Below are positions 8,529 through 21,969 of a stretch of 64,000 nucleotides of DNA, piece by piece. Made by a program: the position numbers and the translations under genes. Under the pieces are notes generated by a model. It was not told the origin of the DNA, did not search any database, and saw nothing but the letters and a program-made list of their open reading frames with translations. The stretch lies in contig CM060731.1 of NCBI GenBank assembly GCA_030704615.1, positions 88,412,001 to 88,476,000 on the forward strand, read 5' to 3'. The DNA comes from Takakia lepidozioides. Its lineage: Eukaryota; Plantae; Bryophyta. The stretch's first letter is position 1, and every line of letters starts with the position of its first letter.

Positions 8529-11500
8529 ATGGGGTCGGGCAAGCCAAAGCGAAAGCGGAACGGCCCAAAAGATGATGATCCTGGTGAGCCCGATGGGGGC
8601 GACGTGTCACCGAGGCGGTCGTTTGAGGAAGCGATGAATGTTTCCAAAAACGAGGCCGCTCAAGAGCGGGAGGAATCCGAGGAGTCGGAGCCCGAGGAAT
8701 CCTTGAGAGCTCCGAAACCAAGAGATGCCTCCCATGCCGGCAGCCTTTTGGGAAGGGTTGTTGGCGCAGTTTGGCGGGACGTTGAAAGACGTGTTGAAGG
8801 CGGCTAATGCCACTTCCACTAAGGCAAAGTTTAAGGTGAAGCCTAAGGAACCCGCACCTTCGAGGGCGTTCGAAATCGGAAGGCACTCAACACCTGGCTC
8901 CTGGAGCTAGAGCAGTACTTCCGGGCGGCCAAGTTGAGTGACGAGGATCGGGTGGAAGTGGCTCCCACCTATTTGAGGGGCTATGCTCAACAATGGTGGC
9001 AGAAACGCCTTCACGACCGAGGCCCAAGCCCGGAAACCTTGAACTGGAGTGGGTTCAAGGAATTGATGAAGAGACAGTTTGTGCCCCTCAACGCGTCCTG
9101 GCTTGCCCGGGACAAGATGAGGAATTTGAAGCAAACAGATGACATTCGGGGTATGTCCAGGCTTTCAATGTGCTGTTGCTCGAAGTCGCGGACATGGCAG
9201 AACCAGAAATGGTCTTCAACTTTGTGGCGGGACTGGCCCCATGGGCCAGGCGGAAGTTGGAGGAGAAGCCACCCAAGACTTTGAACGAGGCAATTGAGAG
9301 GGCTGAATGTTTCTCGGATGTCCCTAGGGGTGAGAGACAAGGCCGTACGGAGCTGAACCACAAGAAGACCCGGCGGGAAGGTGACTCCTTCCGACCGGAA
9401 AAGAAGTGGGATAGGCCACGCGGCGACAATGGCACGTGGAAATCGAAGGGAGGGCCTTCACACGTCAAGGCGGCACCCGGTGCTTCGAAAGGAAAAGCGG
9501 GTGGAGCGGCTTATGGCGGACAGAAGGCGACCTTTGATGGAGTGTGTTTCAATTGCGGGGAGCCCGGGCACATGGCCAAGAAGTGCACAAACCCTCGACA
9601 ATTGAACATGACTCGGGCAACCACGGAGCTGTCGGAAGATACCATCAGTCGCTTGGTGGAAGCGGTGGTCGCCAGGACTTGCAAGGTAGGCAACTATTCT
9701 TGTGAGTTGTATCAGGAAACTGGCGCCCTGCGTAAAGGGAGTCAGTTATTGTTCGTGGATGGGATAATATCCGGAACTAACGTGTCGTTGTTGGTGGACA
9801 CAGGAGCGTCGCACTCCTTCATGACGCCGGCGGCGGCGCGAAAGTTGGGACTCCCGACAAGTGACGTGGGGGCCTCTATTGAGGTGCGCTCTGCCAAAGG
9901 AGAACCTCAGTTGGCGACAAGGTTGGCGTTTGATGTTCCTCTTCAACTGGGGAGTTGGGGGGGACGTGAGAACTTCACCATCTGCGAGATCGATGGAGTG
10001 GATCTCATTTTGGGGATGACCTTTTTGAGCAAATCCGGAGCGGTCATAGATGGCCGCAAGAGAGTAGTCACGCTGCCATGTGGGAATGGTGGCGAGGTTT
10101 TACGAGTGTCGGAAACGCCCAAATCCGTGGGAGGGCGAATAAACCTTCTGTCAGCAAAGGAGTGGGCCGTGGAGGAGGCACACGAGTCCCATTTTTGCTT
10201 TACATTAGAGAAGTGAAAGGAGAAGGCGATGGGGAGCCGAGCCCAGATTGGATCAAGGGGATTTTGGAGAAATACCAGGATGTGATGCCGGAGGATTTAC
10301 CAAGCGGCTTGCCACCGCGAAGAGGAGTTGACCACAAGATTGAGGTGATACCGGGATCGGAACCGCCTGCCAAGGCGCCCTACCGGTTGAGCCACAGAGA
10401 GTTGGTCGAGCTGAAGACTCAGCTCAAGGATCTAATGTCAAAGGGGTACATCCGGCCGAGTAAGTCACCTTACGGAGCCCCGGTGCTATTCGCAGACAAG
10501 AAGGATGGGACGCTGCGGATGTGTGTCGATTACAGGGCTTTGAATAAGGTGACTATTAAAAACCGGTACCCTTTGCCAAGGATCGACGACCTTTTCGATC
10601 GGTTGGCAGGAGCGAAGTATTTCAGCCGGATCGACTTGCGCTCCGGCTATCATCAAATTCGGGTGGCGGAAGGAGATGAGGAGAAGACCGCGTGCAGGAC
10701 AAGGTATGGTTCATATGAGTTCTTGGTGATGCCTTTTGGGCTCACAATGCACCGGCGACCTTTAGCACGCTGATGAACAGCCTTTTCAGGAGTGGTTGGA
10801 TGACTTTGTGATCGTGTACATCGACGACATCTTGGTGTACTCGAAAACAAAGGAGGAGCACCTGGAGCACCTCAAAAGGGTGTTCCAAAAGTTGCGGGAA
10901 GGGAAGCTGTATGCCAAAGCTTCAAAATGCGAATTCGGGGTCACGAAAGTGGAGTTCTTGGGGCATGTGATTACACAGGATGGGATCAAAATGGATGACA
11001 GAAAGGTGAGGGCGATCTTGGACTGGGAGCCTCCGACTTCGGTCCCGGGAGTGCGATCCTTCCTAGGACTCGCCTCCTATTACCGGAAGTATGTGAGAAA
11101 TTTCGCCAAGATCGCGGGGCCGCTGTCAGACCTTCTGTGTAAATCCAAAGTCTGGGTATGGAACACATTTTGTGGCCAAGCTTTTGCTGAATTGAAGCAG
11201 CGGATGGCGGAAGCTCCAGTCTTGAAAATCCCGGAGTTCGATCGTCCATTTGAGATTCATACAGATGCGTCGGACTTCGCGATTGGGGGTGTACTTATGC
11301 AAGATGAACGTCCAGTGGCTTACGAAAGTAAGAAACTGAATGAAGTGGAGCGACGGTGGCCGACGCACGAAAAAGAGATGAAGGCGGTGGTGCACTGTCT
11401 TGAGCTTTGGCGCCACTATGTTGGTTCCAACCCAGTGAAGGTGTTCACGGACAATGTCACGGTGAAGTATTTTGCCACGCAGCCCAAGTTGTCCCCAAAA

Positions 11501-13083
11501 CAACTTAGGTGGCAAGATACTTTGGCGGTGTTTGACGTGGATATCCAGTACAAACCGGGACGAGACAACGTGGTGGCCGATGCTTTAAGTAGAAAGCAGC
11601 AGCTCTTGTTGGTGTACAAGGGCGAGACGGCGCTCCAAAGGAAGATCCGGAAGGCTTGCCGGAAGGATGAGCTGGCGAAGTCCGTGATGCAGGACTTGAG
11701 GATGGGGGTTAAATCGCAGTTCCACTTGCAAAATGGACTGCTCCGGTATAAGCAAAAACGTCTCTACGTGCCAAAGGGAGGGATCAGAGATAGCCTCTTG
11801 AGAGAATGCCATGATAGCCCGCTTGCGGGCCACGGCGGAGCCAAGCGCACTGCGGCACTCTTGAAGAAAGAGTATTTCTGGCCCAAACTGAGGGAGGAGG
11901 CAGAGGAGTATGTCAAGACATGCACCACATGCCAACAAAACCGGAGCGAGTACAAAAAGCAAGCGGGGCTGTTACAACCCTTGCCGATTCCAGAGGGGAC
12001 TTGGGAAAGCGTCTCGATGGATTTCATGACTGCTATGCCGCTGTCAAAAGGATTCGATGCAATCATGGTGGTGGTGGATAGGTTCAGTAAAATGGGCCAT
12101 TTCATCCCCACCAAGGAGACGGCAACGGCGCAGGAGACATGGCGACTTTACTTCGCCCACGTCTTAAAGCATCATGGAGTCCCGAAGGATATTGTCTCGG
12201 ATCGCGATCCAAAGTTTACGAGTAAATTTTGGAGGACACTTTGGAAGAAGATGGGGACGAGGCTGAAGATGAGCACCGCCTTCCGACCTACGACGGACGG
12301 CCAAACGGAAAGAGTGAATTCCGTAGTGAAGCAATTCTTGCGGAATTACGTGTCGGCAGACCAATCAGACTGGATGGAACACTTAGATGCGGCAGAGTTC
12401 TGTTATAATAACACAGAACACTCCGCAACGGGAGTTTCCCCTTTCGTATTGGTCTATGGAAAAGCACCTCTGGTGCCGACAAGTTGGGCCGCCCAGGACG
12501 TTGAGGAACCGGCAGTAGCGGCGGTACTGGAAGAACGCGAGCGTTTGTTGAAGCTCGCAAAGTACAACATTGCCAAAGCTAGGAAACGGTATGAAAGGCA
12601 GGCGAATCGGAAGCGGAGGGAAGTGAAGTTTGAGGCAGGCACAGAGGTCTGGTTGAACACAAGAATTTCCGACTACCTCCGGAAGTGAGTCCGAAGTTCG
12701 TACCTCCGTATGCGGGACCCTTTCGCATTCGGAAGGTTATGAATGAGGATGTGTATGAATTGGAGCTGCCGGCAAACAGCAAGGTGCACCCAGTATTCCA
12801 TGTCTCTCTTTTGAAGCCTTACTTCAAAGATGAAGCGCGTCCGAATCGACATCAAGTGTTGCGTCCGCCACCTATGCTGTTGGATCATGAAAATGAACCT
12901 GAGTACGAGGTGGAGGCAATACTTAAGTCGAGGAGGTTCAAGAACCAAGAAACGGAGTATCTCGTCAAATGGAAGGGCTATCATCATGTGGAGGCATCTT
13001 GGGTGCGTGCCTCAGAAATGGGAAACGCATCCGAGGCGGTTGCAGCTTTCGAAGGGCGACCTCAAAAGCGGAAGAAACGTTGA
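8529..13083 (+). pseudogene. gag-pol polyprotein of the chromovirus, broken by about 6 frameshifts
   Basis: Zinc knuckle CFNCGEPGHMAKKC; protease LVDTGASH; RT VYIDDILVY; RNase H TDASD; integrase HHCC plus SMDF/SDRD/GQTER; chromodomain EYEVEAIL...EYLVKWKGY...SW. Confidence 0.93.
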
Positions 13084-13117
13084 TGGGGACATCAACCTTG
13101 GAGCGTGGGGGAGGAAA

Positions 13118-14717
13118 TGCATGCCTAGCCCGGCTTAGCTAGCTTAGGAATCCGATTACAAAAACTTGTATTGTACAAAAATTTGTTATAAAGGAAATGG
13201 GTTCCAAATGTTGTGCGTCCTATTTTGTTTGGAATGGTGATGCATGGTATGGTTGGCTAGTGTGTAGAATGCATGCTAGCTTATAAAAGTGGGAGAGGTA
13301 AATTGGGTTAATCGTGTGTTTGCGTAGTGCCGAAATCGGGTGACCCCCATCCAAGGGGCAAGGAAACTTGCGACTTCTTTGGGAGTTCACGTGCTAGTGC
13401 GCACCTGGCGCGTGCGCATACTATAACTGCGCTACCGAGGGGGTTGCCTTGTAGTGCGGGCTAACGCGGAAGCTACGTGCTTCCGTTCACGTACTATAAT
13501 TATGTAGCCTCGGGACGAAGTCGTAGTGCGGCTTCGGCGTGTTCCCGTACCTCAGGCCAGCATTCCAAGGCGGACCCAATTGTAGTGATTGGGGCGCACG
13601 GTTGGTTCAAGGTTATCTTCCTAGTCAAAGAGGGTTCCAGGTGAACCCTTGCTCAAGGTGATGCCAAAAAGCGGCATCATGAGCGGTCGCAAGCAATGTT
13701 GTTGCAATAAGGCGATTCGATCCTCAAGGAGGATCGTTCCTTGGCCTTGAAGTAGGCCAAGAAGAGTGCACTGGGAGGAGCTTGAGAGGCTCCACCCTTG
13801 GCCGGGACTTGGAGGAAGTCGGCCGAACTAGCTAGTGGAGAGTAGAGTCAAGTGTGGGGTTTGGTTCTTTGCCATGGGACGCCATGGTACGGAAACAAAC
13901 TCCTTGATGTGGGACGCCACAACTTGGATGTTCGTTTCTACAAAATGGACAAGTCGATGAGGACATCGACTCCCTGTTGGTAGGGGTGTGTGTCGCGGCC
14001 CTTTGCCTTGACGGCAGAGGGGGTCGGGACACAAGAGGGGCTGCCCCTGTGGTGGGGGCAGTAGCAGCGATAGGTACGGGGGCTGAAGCACCCTTGAGTG
14101 CCCAAGGCACTCAAGGAGGCGGAGGCGCTCACTAGGTGGAGCCCCGCACACCGGGTTGCGGTGGGGGTGGCTCCACAAGGGGTGGTGGTAGCTTAGCGGG
14201 ACTTAGTGGGGGTGGCATAGGACTCACCATGGGGTGGAGACCTCGAGGTGGGAGTCGTGGGGAGTCTTGGGACTCATCACGGTCCATTGGGGCCGCGGTG
14301 AGTGGGCCAAGACTCACCGCGACTCACCACCGGGAATCGAGGGTCTTCGTGGTGGTTCGCCATAAAATGGCATGGCTGGTTGTGAAACCCCCGCGGACAG
14401 CTACAGAAGTATATATAGGGAGTAGTAACCCCGAGAACGGTGCAAGCCCGTTGGTGACCAAAAACTAGTGAGTAAGCGAGCGAGCCGGAAAGCGACCAAA
14501 GAGTGGGGAGCTGTTCCGGACTGCCAACTACAAAAGGGAATTCCCGCTGGTTCCAAAGCGGTGGAGGGTTCTTTGGGAGATAAAAGGGGGACCGTTATGC
14601 CCCGGTGAGCAGCCGAAGCTCCAAGTTGGCCCGGCGGCCAGGTTGGGAGTCAGGCGCGCGCATCAAAGCGAGTAACTATGACTTGAGGGGGAGCTTACCG
14701 AAGGGAGGTGCGCGACA
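13118..14717 (+). repeat. Full-length 3' LTR (~1.6 kb)
   Basis: Begins TG right after the purine tract and ends ...GCGCGACA; its 3' part matches the 5' LTR remnant. The start is inferred from the PPT position. Confidence 0.8.
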
Positions 14718-15870
14718 AGCATTGTGTGAGCGTACGCTCACAACGCTCACACCATTGCATCGTTGGTGGGTCACATAGCGAATGTCAAGATGAAGACAAG
14801 AGGCTACACGTACGTGGTAGACTTCTAAATCATAGACTTCCCCATCGATGAGTATTCACATACGCTCCTATTAGGGAGGCCATGGTTGATCCAGTCCAGA
14901 GCACGAACGGACTGGGGGGGAGGCACCATTACTTATGGGGTAAGACCTTACACTACTACCGTTGCATTTCTTTCTGGAGCACCTCATGAGGAGACAGATG
15001 AGGATGAGCTCAGCATGATTGGTTCCGAGGAGGAATCCGCAGACTTGAGTGAGGAAGATTTGTGGTCAGAAGGGGAGACCCTCCTCACACCGCACGCCCA
15101 TCGAGTTTTGGCAACATCTATTGCACCTCATAGGGAGGTTAAGCGAAGGAAGGTAGGAGTAGAGGACGCGGCCAAGTCTCTAGGTCCGGGATTGTATGAA
15201 TGCAAGTCTGATGCAGACTGCATCGCCTGGTTGTTCGGAGAAAACCAAGGCAGGGAAGTGATGGTATACTCGGTATTGACCGAGGCACTTCCAGAGTTTG
15301 AGTTGTTGACCAAACTTTTTTCCATATCCGCCGATAGGTTGGTCTGCAGGAAAAGGGGATTCATCAGGAGGAAAGCGGCGAGATCATGGACATGAGAATT
15401 GTAGAGGGGGCCGACCTGGAAGGGGATGTCATGAAACATAGCACCCCCTACATTCTCTATTTGCAGGAGGGATAAAGCGGATCTCGGTTTGAACCGGGAT
15501 CGACTTTCACGTCAGAACCAACAACGCAGTTGGTTGACATGGCAGTTGGAGGAGAATCACCAAAGATGGTGAAGGTGGGAGCCCACTTGTCATCCGAGTA
15601 GGCTTTGGAGTACCAAGCGTTGTTCAAGGAATTTCGGGACATCTTTGCATGGTCCTACACCAAATTGAAAGGAGTACCTCTATATGTAGCGATGCATTCC
15701 ATTCCCCTGATTCCAGGAGCTACCCCACGATGACAACAAGAGAAGAGGGTGAATCCCAATCTCGCACTGCTCATCAAAGCAAAAATTGAAAAGCTACTGG
15801 CTGCAGAGTTCATTTTTCCGGTGGAAACCTCGGCCTGGGTACCCCCAATGGTGATTGTTCGAAAGACAAG
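14718..15870 (+). mobile_element. Decayed non-chromoviral Gypsy pol fragment (protease end to RT start)
   Basis: LLLGRPWLIQSRARTDW (protease C-terminus), then IFAWSYTKLKGVP...KIEKLLAAEFIFPVETSAWVPPMVIV (RT N-terminus) with stops; similar in type to the pol at 58155. Confidence 0.8.
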
Positions 15871-16580
15871 CAGCCCAAAAACTGTAATGATGGAGCTTAT
15901 GGGATGACAAGGGACTGCGGAAAAGTGAAAGGAAATAAACTAGACAGCCCCCTCCACAACCATGTGACAGAACCATAGAAAGATAGCCCCCTCCACAAGC
16001 AACCCACAAAACCATTATGCCAGTGGAAACAAGGAAACAAACCAATGGCGGAAGGCCCTACACTTAGGCCCTTCTCCTATACTTTCATGACCAGATTCCT
16101 AGCATGCATAGCGTAGAGGTCTTGGAGTTCTGGGGGGCAACAGTTCTGCTTCAAAAAAAGGCTAGCTGAACAAAGTGATATGAACTTACCTTGACATAAT
16201 CAATTAGTTCGGGCTTTCCAGATTTCATCTAGAAAGCCCTTTGCACAAACATCAATATGTTGTGTGATCAGCTGCCCAGCAAGTAGACCCCAACAGTGCC
16301 AGGGCTTTAGCCTCAGCCTCGAGGGTTTGAAGTTGGTGAACATATCAGGTGTTGGGCCCCCTCCACAAGCAGCCCAAAAACAGCCTTAGCAGCCCAAAAA
16401 CAATAATGATGGAGCTTATGGGATGACAAGCTGGGACTACTAAAAACATGAAAGGAAACAAACCAGACAGCCCCCTCCACAAGCAGCCCACAAAACCACT
16501 ATGCCAGTGGAAACAAGGGAACAAACCAACGGCGGAAGGCCCTACACTTAGGCCCTTCTCCTATCCTTTCATGACCCATG
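15869..16580. repeat. Local ~200-bp direct duplication enclosing a minus-strand LINE 3' fragment (~16170-16345)
   Basis: GCAGCCCAAAAA..TAATGATGGAGCTTATGGGATGACAAG...CCCTACACTTAGGCCCTTCTCCTAT occurs at ~15870-16080 and ~16389-16564. The middle reads on minus as EAEAKALALLGS...HIDVCAKGFLDEIWKAR, like the LINE at 35378. Confidence 0.6.
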
Positions 16581-16929
16581 TGCTCCAGACTACACACATC
16601 AGCACGTACACTTGCCATCAAGGTTTACACTCTGAAAATCAACAAGAAGCAAATGAGGGCTCGTCCCAATCTAGCCAGTGAGAAGGTGGGGCGCTTACCT
16701 TTTCATATGTTTGTTTCGGTGCTTGTCCAAACATGAGACTTTACATATTTTGTTCCCGGTAGGAGGGCTGAGGCGAGGATACTTGGGCGTACGGGCTCTC
16801 TTCACCTGTGTACAAACCATGAATACATCCTCAGCCTTGCTGCTAGCAGCTGACACTGACGGCGTGAAGTTCTTCCAGCAAACACCCCAACCCTACCTAC
16901 AGTAACATGTCAAAATCACTACAAAACCA

Positions 16930-18333
16930 CCATAGATCCACCAACGAGCTTCTCCTCATCTATGTTATCTGTTTTTGGATACTTTCCTGCTGCCACATCA
17001 GCTGTAACTTGTCAAAGTCACTCCTAACCACCACAGATTCACCCAACGAGCTAACTTACAGAATTAAATATGCATCTCAGGCCGGCCGAGTCTGATGAGA
17101 AGGTAAAACAGGCAGAAATAGGTTGAAGAAGAAGGTGCCCTCACCACATTGTCGTTGACCCTGTGTCATGACCCATAGAGGATTTGACCGAACATCAACC
17201 CAAAAGGACCCCTTGTGTGTGCAGCTTGTGTGTGCAACATTCAGAATGACATCCGGTAATCTGACAGGCATTCATTTTTTTGCCTCGGTTGTCCCACCAT
17301 TGGCTGGGGTCAGAAAAGTATTCATCCCACAACTTCTCCTCATCTCTGTTACCTATTTTCGGATACTTTCCTGTTGTCACATTGGCAGTATCATGTCAAA
17401 GTCACTCCAAACTACCAAAGATTCACTCAACTGCTGCCACATCAACAGTAACTTGTCAAAGTCACTCCTAACCACCACCGATCCACCCAACGAGCTAACT
17501 TATAGAGTTCAATATGCATCTTAGGGACGAGTCTGATGAGAGGGTAAAACAAACAGAAATAGGTTGAAGAAGAAGGGGCCCTCACCACATTGTCCTTGAC
17601 CTTGTGTCATGGCCCATGGAGGATTTGACCGAACATCAACCCTAAAGGACCTCTTGTGTGTGCAGCTTGTGTTTGTAGCCTTCAGAATGACATCTGGTAA
17701 TCTGCAGGCATTCACCTTTTTGCCTCGTTTGTCCCACCATTGGCTGGGGTCAGAAAAGTATTCATCCCACAACTTCTCCTCATCTCTGTTCACCTATTTT
17801 TGGATACTTTCCTGTGTCACATTGGCAGTACCATGTCAAAGTCACTTCAAACTACCAAAGGTTCACTCAATCAGCTAACTTGCAGAATTCAACATGGAAA
17901 TGTAGGGCCAATTCTGATAAGAGGGGAAAACAGGGTGAAATGTGTTGAAGAAGATGCTTCTCCTACCCTATGTTATCTGTTTTTGGATACTTTCCTGCTG
18001 CTATATCGGCAGCTTGTCAAAGTCACTCCTAACCACCACCGATCCACCCAATGAGCTAAAGTACAAAATTCAATATGCATCTCAGGGCCGAGTATGATGA
18101 GAGGGCAAAACAGGCTGAAATAGGTGAAAGAAGAAGCTGCCCTCACCACATTGTCCTCGACCTTGAGTCATGATCCATGGAGGATTTGATCGACCATCAA
18201 TCCAAAAGGACCTCTTGTGTGTGCTGCTTGTGTCCGTAGTCAGGTACTGTCGGATCGCTCTGTGAGAACCACCACGCTTCCACCACGGTGCAGCTGAGCA
18301 GACGCCGATTGACACACGGCCTGCTAAGACCAA
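16930..18333 (-). pseudogene. About 3 decayed tandem copies (~430-560 bp units) of an OSB-type 'PDF' ssDNA-binding motif
   Basis: EEKLWDEYFSDPSQWWDNRGKKVN...PD...KHKLHTQEVLWVDVRSNPPWV can be read across frameshifts. It matches the W..FF..P.EWWDNR..K.NP..PDFKHK.T.E.LW pattern of plant organellar ssDNA-binding (OSB) proteins. Confidence 0.7.
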
Positions 18334-18600
18334 CCTACTCTCCCAAGAAAGAAGCGCACAACAAAGTAGGCAGCAAAGTGGGCATAAGGCTTAGTGAGGC
18401 CGAAAAAAGAAACGACCCATAAAAATGACGCTTGAAAAATGTTTGAACACGCGATGTCGCAGCACGTAGATAGAGACCTTACCAATACACTATATACACA
18501 CATATGAAACTTTTCCCCAAAATATATATATATATAAGGAATTTTTCAGACCCTTTCTATATACATAGTCTGTATGTGGGGGTATTTAATTAACCTCTGT

Positions 18601-21600
18601 TCACGCACGTGGTAGGTACATTAACCCTTGGTGCACCCCCCAGGGTTCTCCACTGGTGTCACTGTCACAAAATTTCTCAAACCTTTGGAACTTCATACAC
18701 CCACAAGAGGTAGATTGCAAGATATCAATCTGGAAATTGAAATCACGAAATACAAAAGAGGGTTGATAGAAATCAGACCCACAATGCTTGTGGTATGTCC
18801 AACCAAAAACCAGTTCATCAACCAAAGGGCATAGACCAGCCTGATCAAAGGTCATAAAGGCATCTTTGATCAAACTTCGTGTATTTACCCAATCCATACC
18901 TCTATTAGGATATAGCATATGTATGAATCCTCTAGGGGCTGCCCTCTTTGACTGTGTAAGACAACTGCGACCATGAGATTGAACCTCAATCTCTCTTGCA
19001 AGTAGTACTTCTTCATAGGAATCATAAGAAAGATCTGCAAGTATACAGCCAGGTATTAATCGTAGCCAGAAAAATTTCTTTTGGCAATAGGTGAAGAATC
19101 ATTGAAGCCTGGGCGAGATCTGTTTGAGCCAGTCCTTGCTGAAGCACTAGTATTAGAATTTCCAGAATGGGACTTAGAGTATCCTTGCCCGGAAGAATTA
19201 GCAGAGACGGCCACTCCTTGCCCTTCTTCCTTGATAATAACCCTGGCTGTGGCCCCGACTGTACAAGCCAAGCTACCACGATGTAGTCCACCTCTTCCTC
19301 TGCCATTGGTAGGTCTTGATGGATGTGGTGGAGTGTCAAGATCCAACTGCTGCCTCTTGAAGGGAGGAGTATGTTTGGGCAGGCTGTCAGTGATCAACCC
19401 CCCAGGTTTGATGAGTTTCTCAATGTACCTGGCACCACCAGCCTCACCAAGGCTGCTTAAGCCTGCGGGTTCTTGATGTACTCCTCTGCAGCTTCAAGCA
19501 TGTACTCTCTTGAAATCTGAAAAGTAACTTGGGCAATGATTGCTAGCCTAGCAGTCTTCACAAGCCAGACCATAAAGCTATGGAATTTTGCTGTGAATAG
19601 AAAGATGAGAGGAGCTAGGAAAGAACACTTTCATATTGTTAAACATGTACCACACAATGTGGTGAAACCATGCCACACTCCTTGAACATCCTTCAGTAGC
19701 CCTTGGGTTGCAATTACACCTCAAATAGGGTTGATGCCAATTGAACAACTAGCTCTTGTGATTCTTTGATTGAACAAGGCCAGTGGGAAGGTCATTCTTA
19801 GTCCAAACAATGATATTATCACTTTTGTCGCATAGCTTGTAGTGGAAAGTTTTCAAGGGCCATGCAATAGCAAGAGGTTCCTTCTTCACTTTCTAAACAC
19901 CATCAGTAGCATCTCGCTCACACTTCTTCAATTCAGAAGGTGTTAAGTTACCCCACTTCACCCACATGGGATGGAAATAGGGGTAAGAAGATTGATGTTG
20001 GATGATGGGTGCCACATCATGTGGTCTTTGTTTGCCACATCCAACTCCACAACTCTAGAAGGAACCCAAGGTACAAAATTCAAATTACCTGGAGTTGCAC
20101 TAGTAGTGCGATCTTGTTCAGCTTGAGTGTTCTCAACATGAGCCCAATACTCCAAAACAACAGCCTTCTCAGCTTCTGGAATGTCCATATGTTCCAGAAA
20201 TGGATGGCGATCAATTGAGGGAACAAAGTCCTCCACTGTTGTAACACTTGAGGAATTCTGAATAAAACCATGAACCTCATCCTCTGGATAAGCTTCACGC
20301 AAGGCATATTCAATCTCCCGGGACACCTTCTCACCAAAAAGTGTGTCCTCAGCGTCTTGTTCCAGCAATGCTTGCAAACCCTTATGACGCTCTTGAAGTC
20401 CCTCAAGATATTTCCCACTCTTATACGCTGCCAACGCGAGTTTCATCCAATCTTCAAGAGCCAAAGTCTCCAAAAGTAGAGTAGGCTCACCATTGTCCAA
20501 AGCGCTTTCATTGAGACTGAATACAGAGGTGATTGGGGTGGGAGGAGGGATTTTCTCAACTTACCTCCATCCTTCCTTCATTGCTCAAAATCATACCTTC
20601 TTTCTTCCAAAGTATCCTTTCAGTATAGCTTGGAGGTTTAAGTGTTTAGATAAAGACCATAAACCACTTAGCTATCCTTTCTTGGTTGACATGTAGTCAT
20701 CTAGAGAAAGTAAAACATAGTATCATAGCTATGTCAAACTGTTTAGTCTACCCAAGCAAAAGTTATATCAAAGGAGTAGGGATAGAGCACATCACTAACA
20801 TTCCTTTGTGCAAATATCACTGCTGTGATTTCAAATTCTAGCAAAGCTGGAGGAAAGACTCCCTCTATTTATCTGTAAAACCCAGTCACTTATGAGCTCA
20901 TAGAAGAAGAGATGCCCTCACCTGCACCCGTCCCAAAAAACACCACAAGCATATGATGTGGGTTAGTGAGGATGTGCGAGGTGAATGGCATGCACTCTTG
21001 CATGCTATAGTTGTCCAAAATGAAATAATAAGTAGGGTTCCAGAAAAGGAAAAACAATCAATTGAGCACGAAGGTTGCAAACAATTGACAAGGGAGAGTG
21101 TGTGTACCACCAATCATCACCTGAATGGTCTGAGGAAGAGGAGCAGGTTGTGACATGTTCAGCAAATACCAGCTCACAAAAGTCTCCAAAGAGCAGCTCA
21201 CAAGATCACAGACTTCTTTCCCTTCTCCAAGTGTGAGGGAAGTGTTAGTCATAAGTAACTCATTGAGAAAGAGCAAAGTGCTCATCTCATCCTAAGAAAC
21301 TGGCAGAAATCTGTAATGGTAGTACAATACTTCTCATGTCGCGAGGCAAATATCTGCCAGCAAGAAGGAAAACACTCCCTTGGAAAATTAACTGGCAGTT
21401 ATTTTTCCCTTCTTTCTAGGTTTGTTCTTCATTTCATTCCATTTCTTTCTTAGGTCCTTATTGGCAGAGGGAGGAGCTGATTACCAATCTTCTTGTGGCA
21501 TATGTCTAGCTCCGTCAAGCATCACTAACTTCATAGATTCCGGATTACTCTTCACAAAGTTTTCAGCTTCTGACTTCAGAAGATGTTTGTCCGCCTCCCC

Positions 21601-21790
21601 CCATGCAACAATCGCCGGTACTTTCCAACTGCATGAGCTTATACACGACTTGTCCGACCTTTCTCATGGAAGCAAATGACAACAAACCTCAAACACGTTT
21701 GAAACAAGCACTGCAACACAGAAGCATGAAGGGCTCCACTCTGGAAAATCTTGGCCTCTACATAATCCCACGACAAATGGCTTAACCAAT
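18601..21790 (-). other. Degenerate minus-strand coding relic of unknown, probably TE, origin
   Basis: Several same-strand protein-like ORF pieces (18601-18918, 19056-19397, 19958-20500) with stops and frameshifts; no motif I can assign firmly. Confidence 0.3.
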
Positions 21791-21969
21791 CCAGATCCCA
21801 CAACAAAGGCAAACAAAAGATCCTTCACTAGAAACACCACCCACTGATGGACAGCGGGTGATCGTGGCACTGAACAAGGGAGGGGGGGCGGGGGGTGGGG
21901 TGGGGGCATTGTGAATAGAAAAACACAACCTCACTACGACAGACATAACACCCAGTGTGTCTGTTAGAT

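Larger units (their letters stand above)
7866..14717 (+). mobile_element. Ty3/Gypsy chromovirus LTR retrotransposon with truncated 5' LTR
   Basis: Near-identical LTR segments 7866-8473 and 14108-14717, tRNA-iMet PBS, gag-PR-RT-RH-INT-chromodomain, and purine tract GGGGGAGGAAA ending at 13117. Confidence 0.95.

Noticed and set aside
14726-14743. 18-bp palindrome TGTGAGCGTACGCTCACA next to the LTR end
   Set aside because: Single occurrence in decayed Gypsy sequence, unrelated to the array motif; no supporting context.
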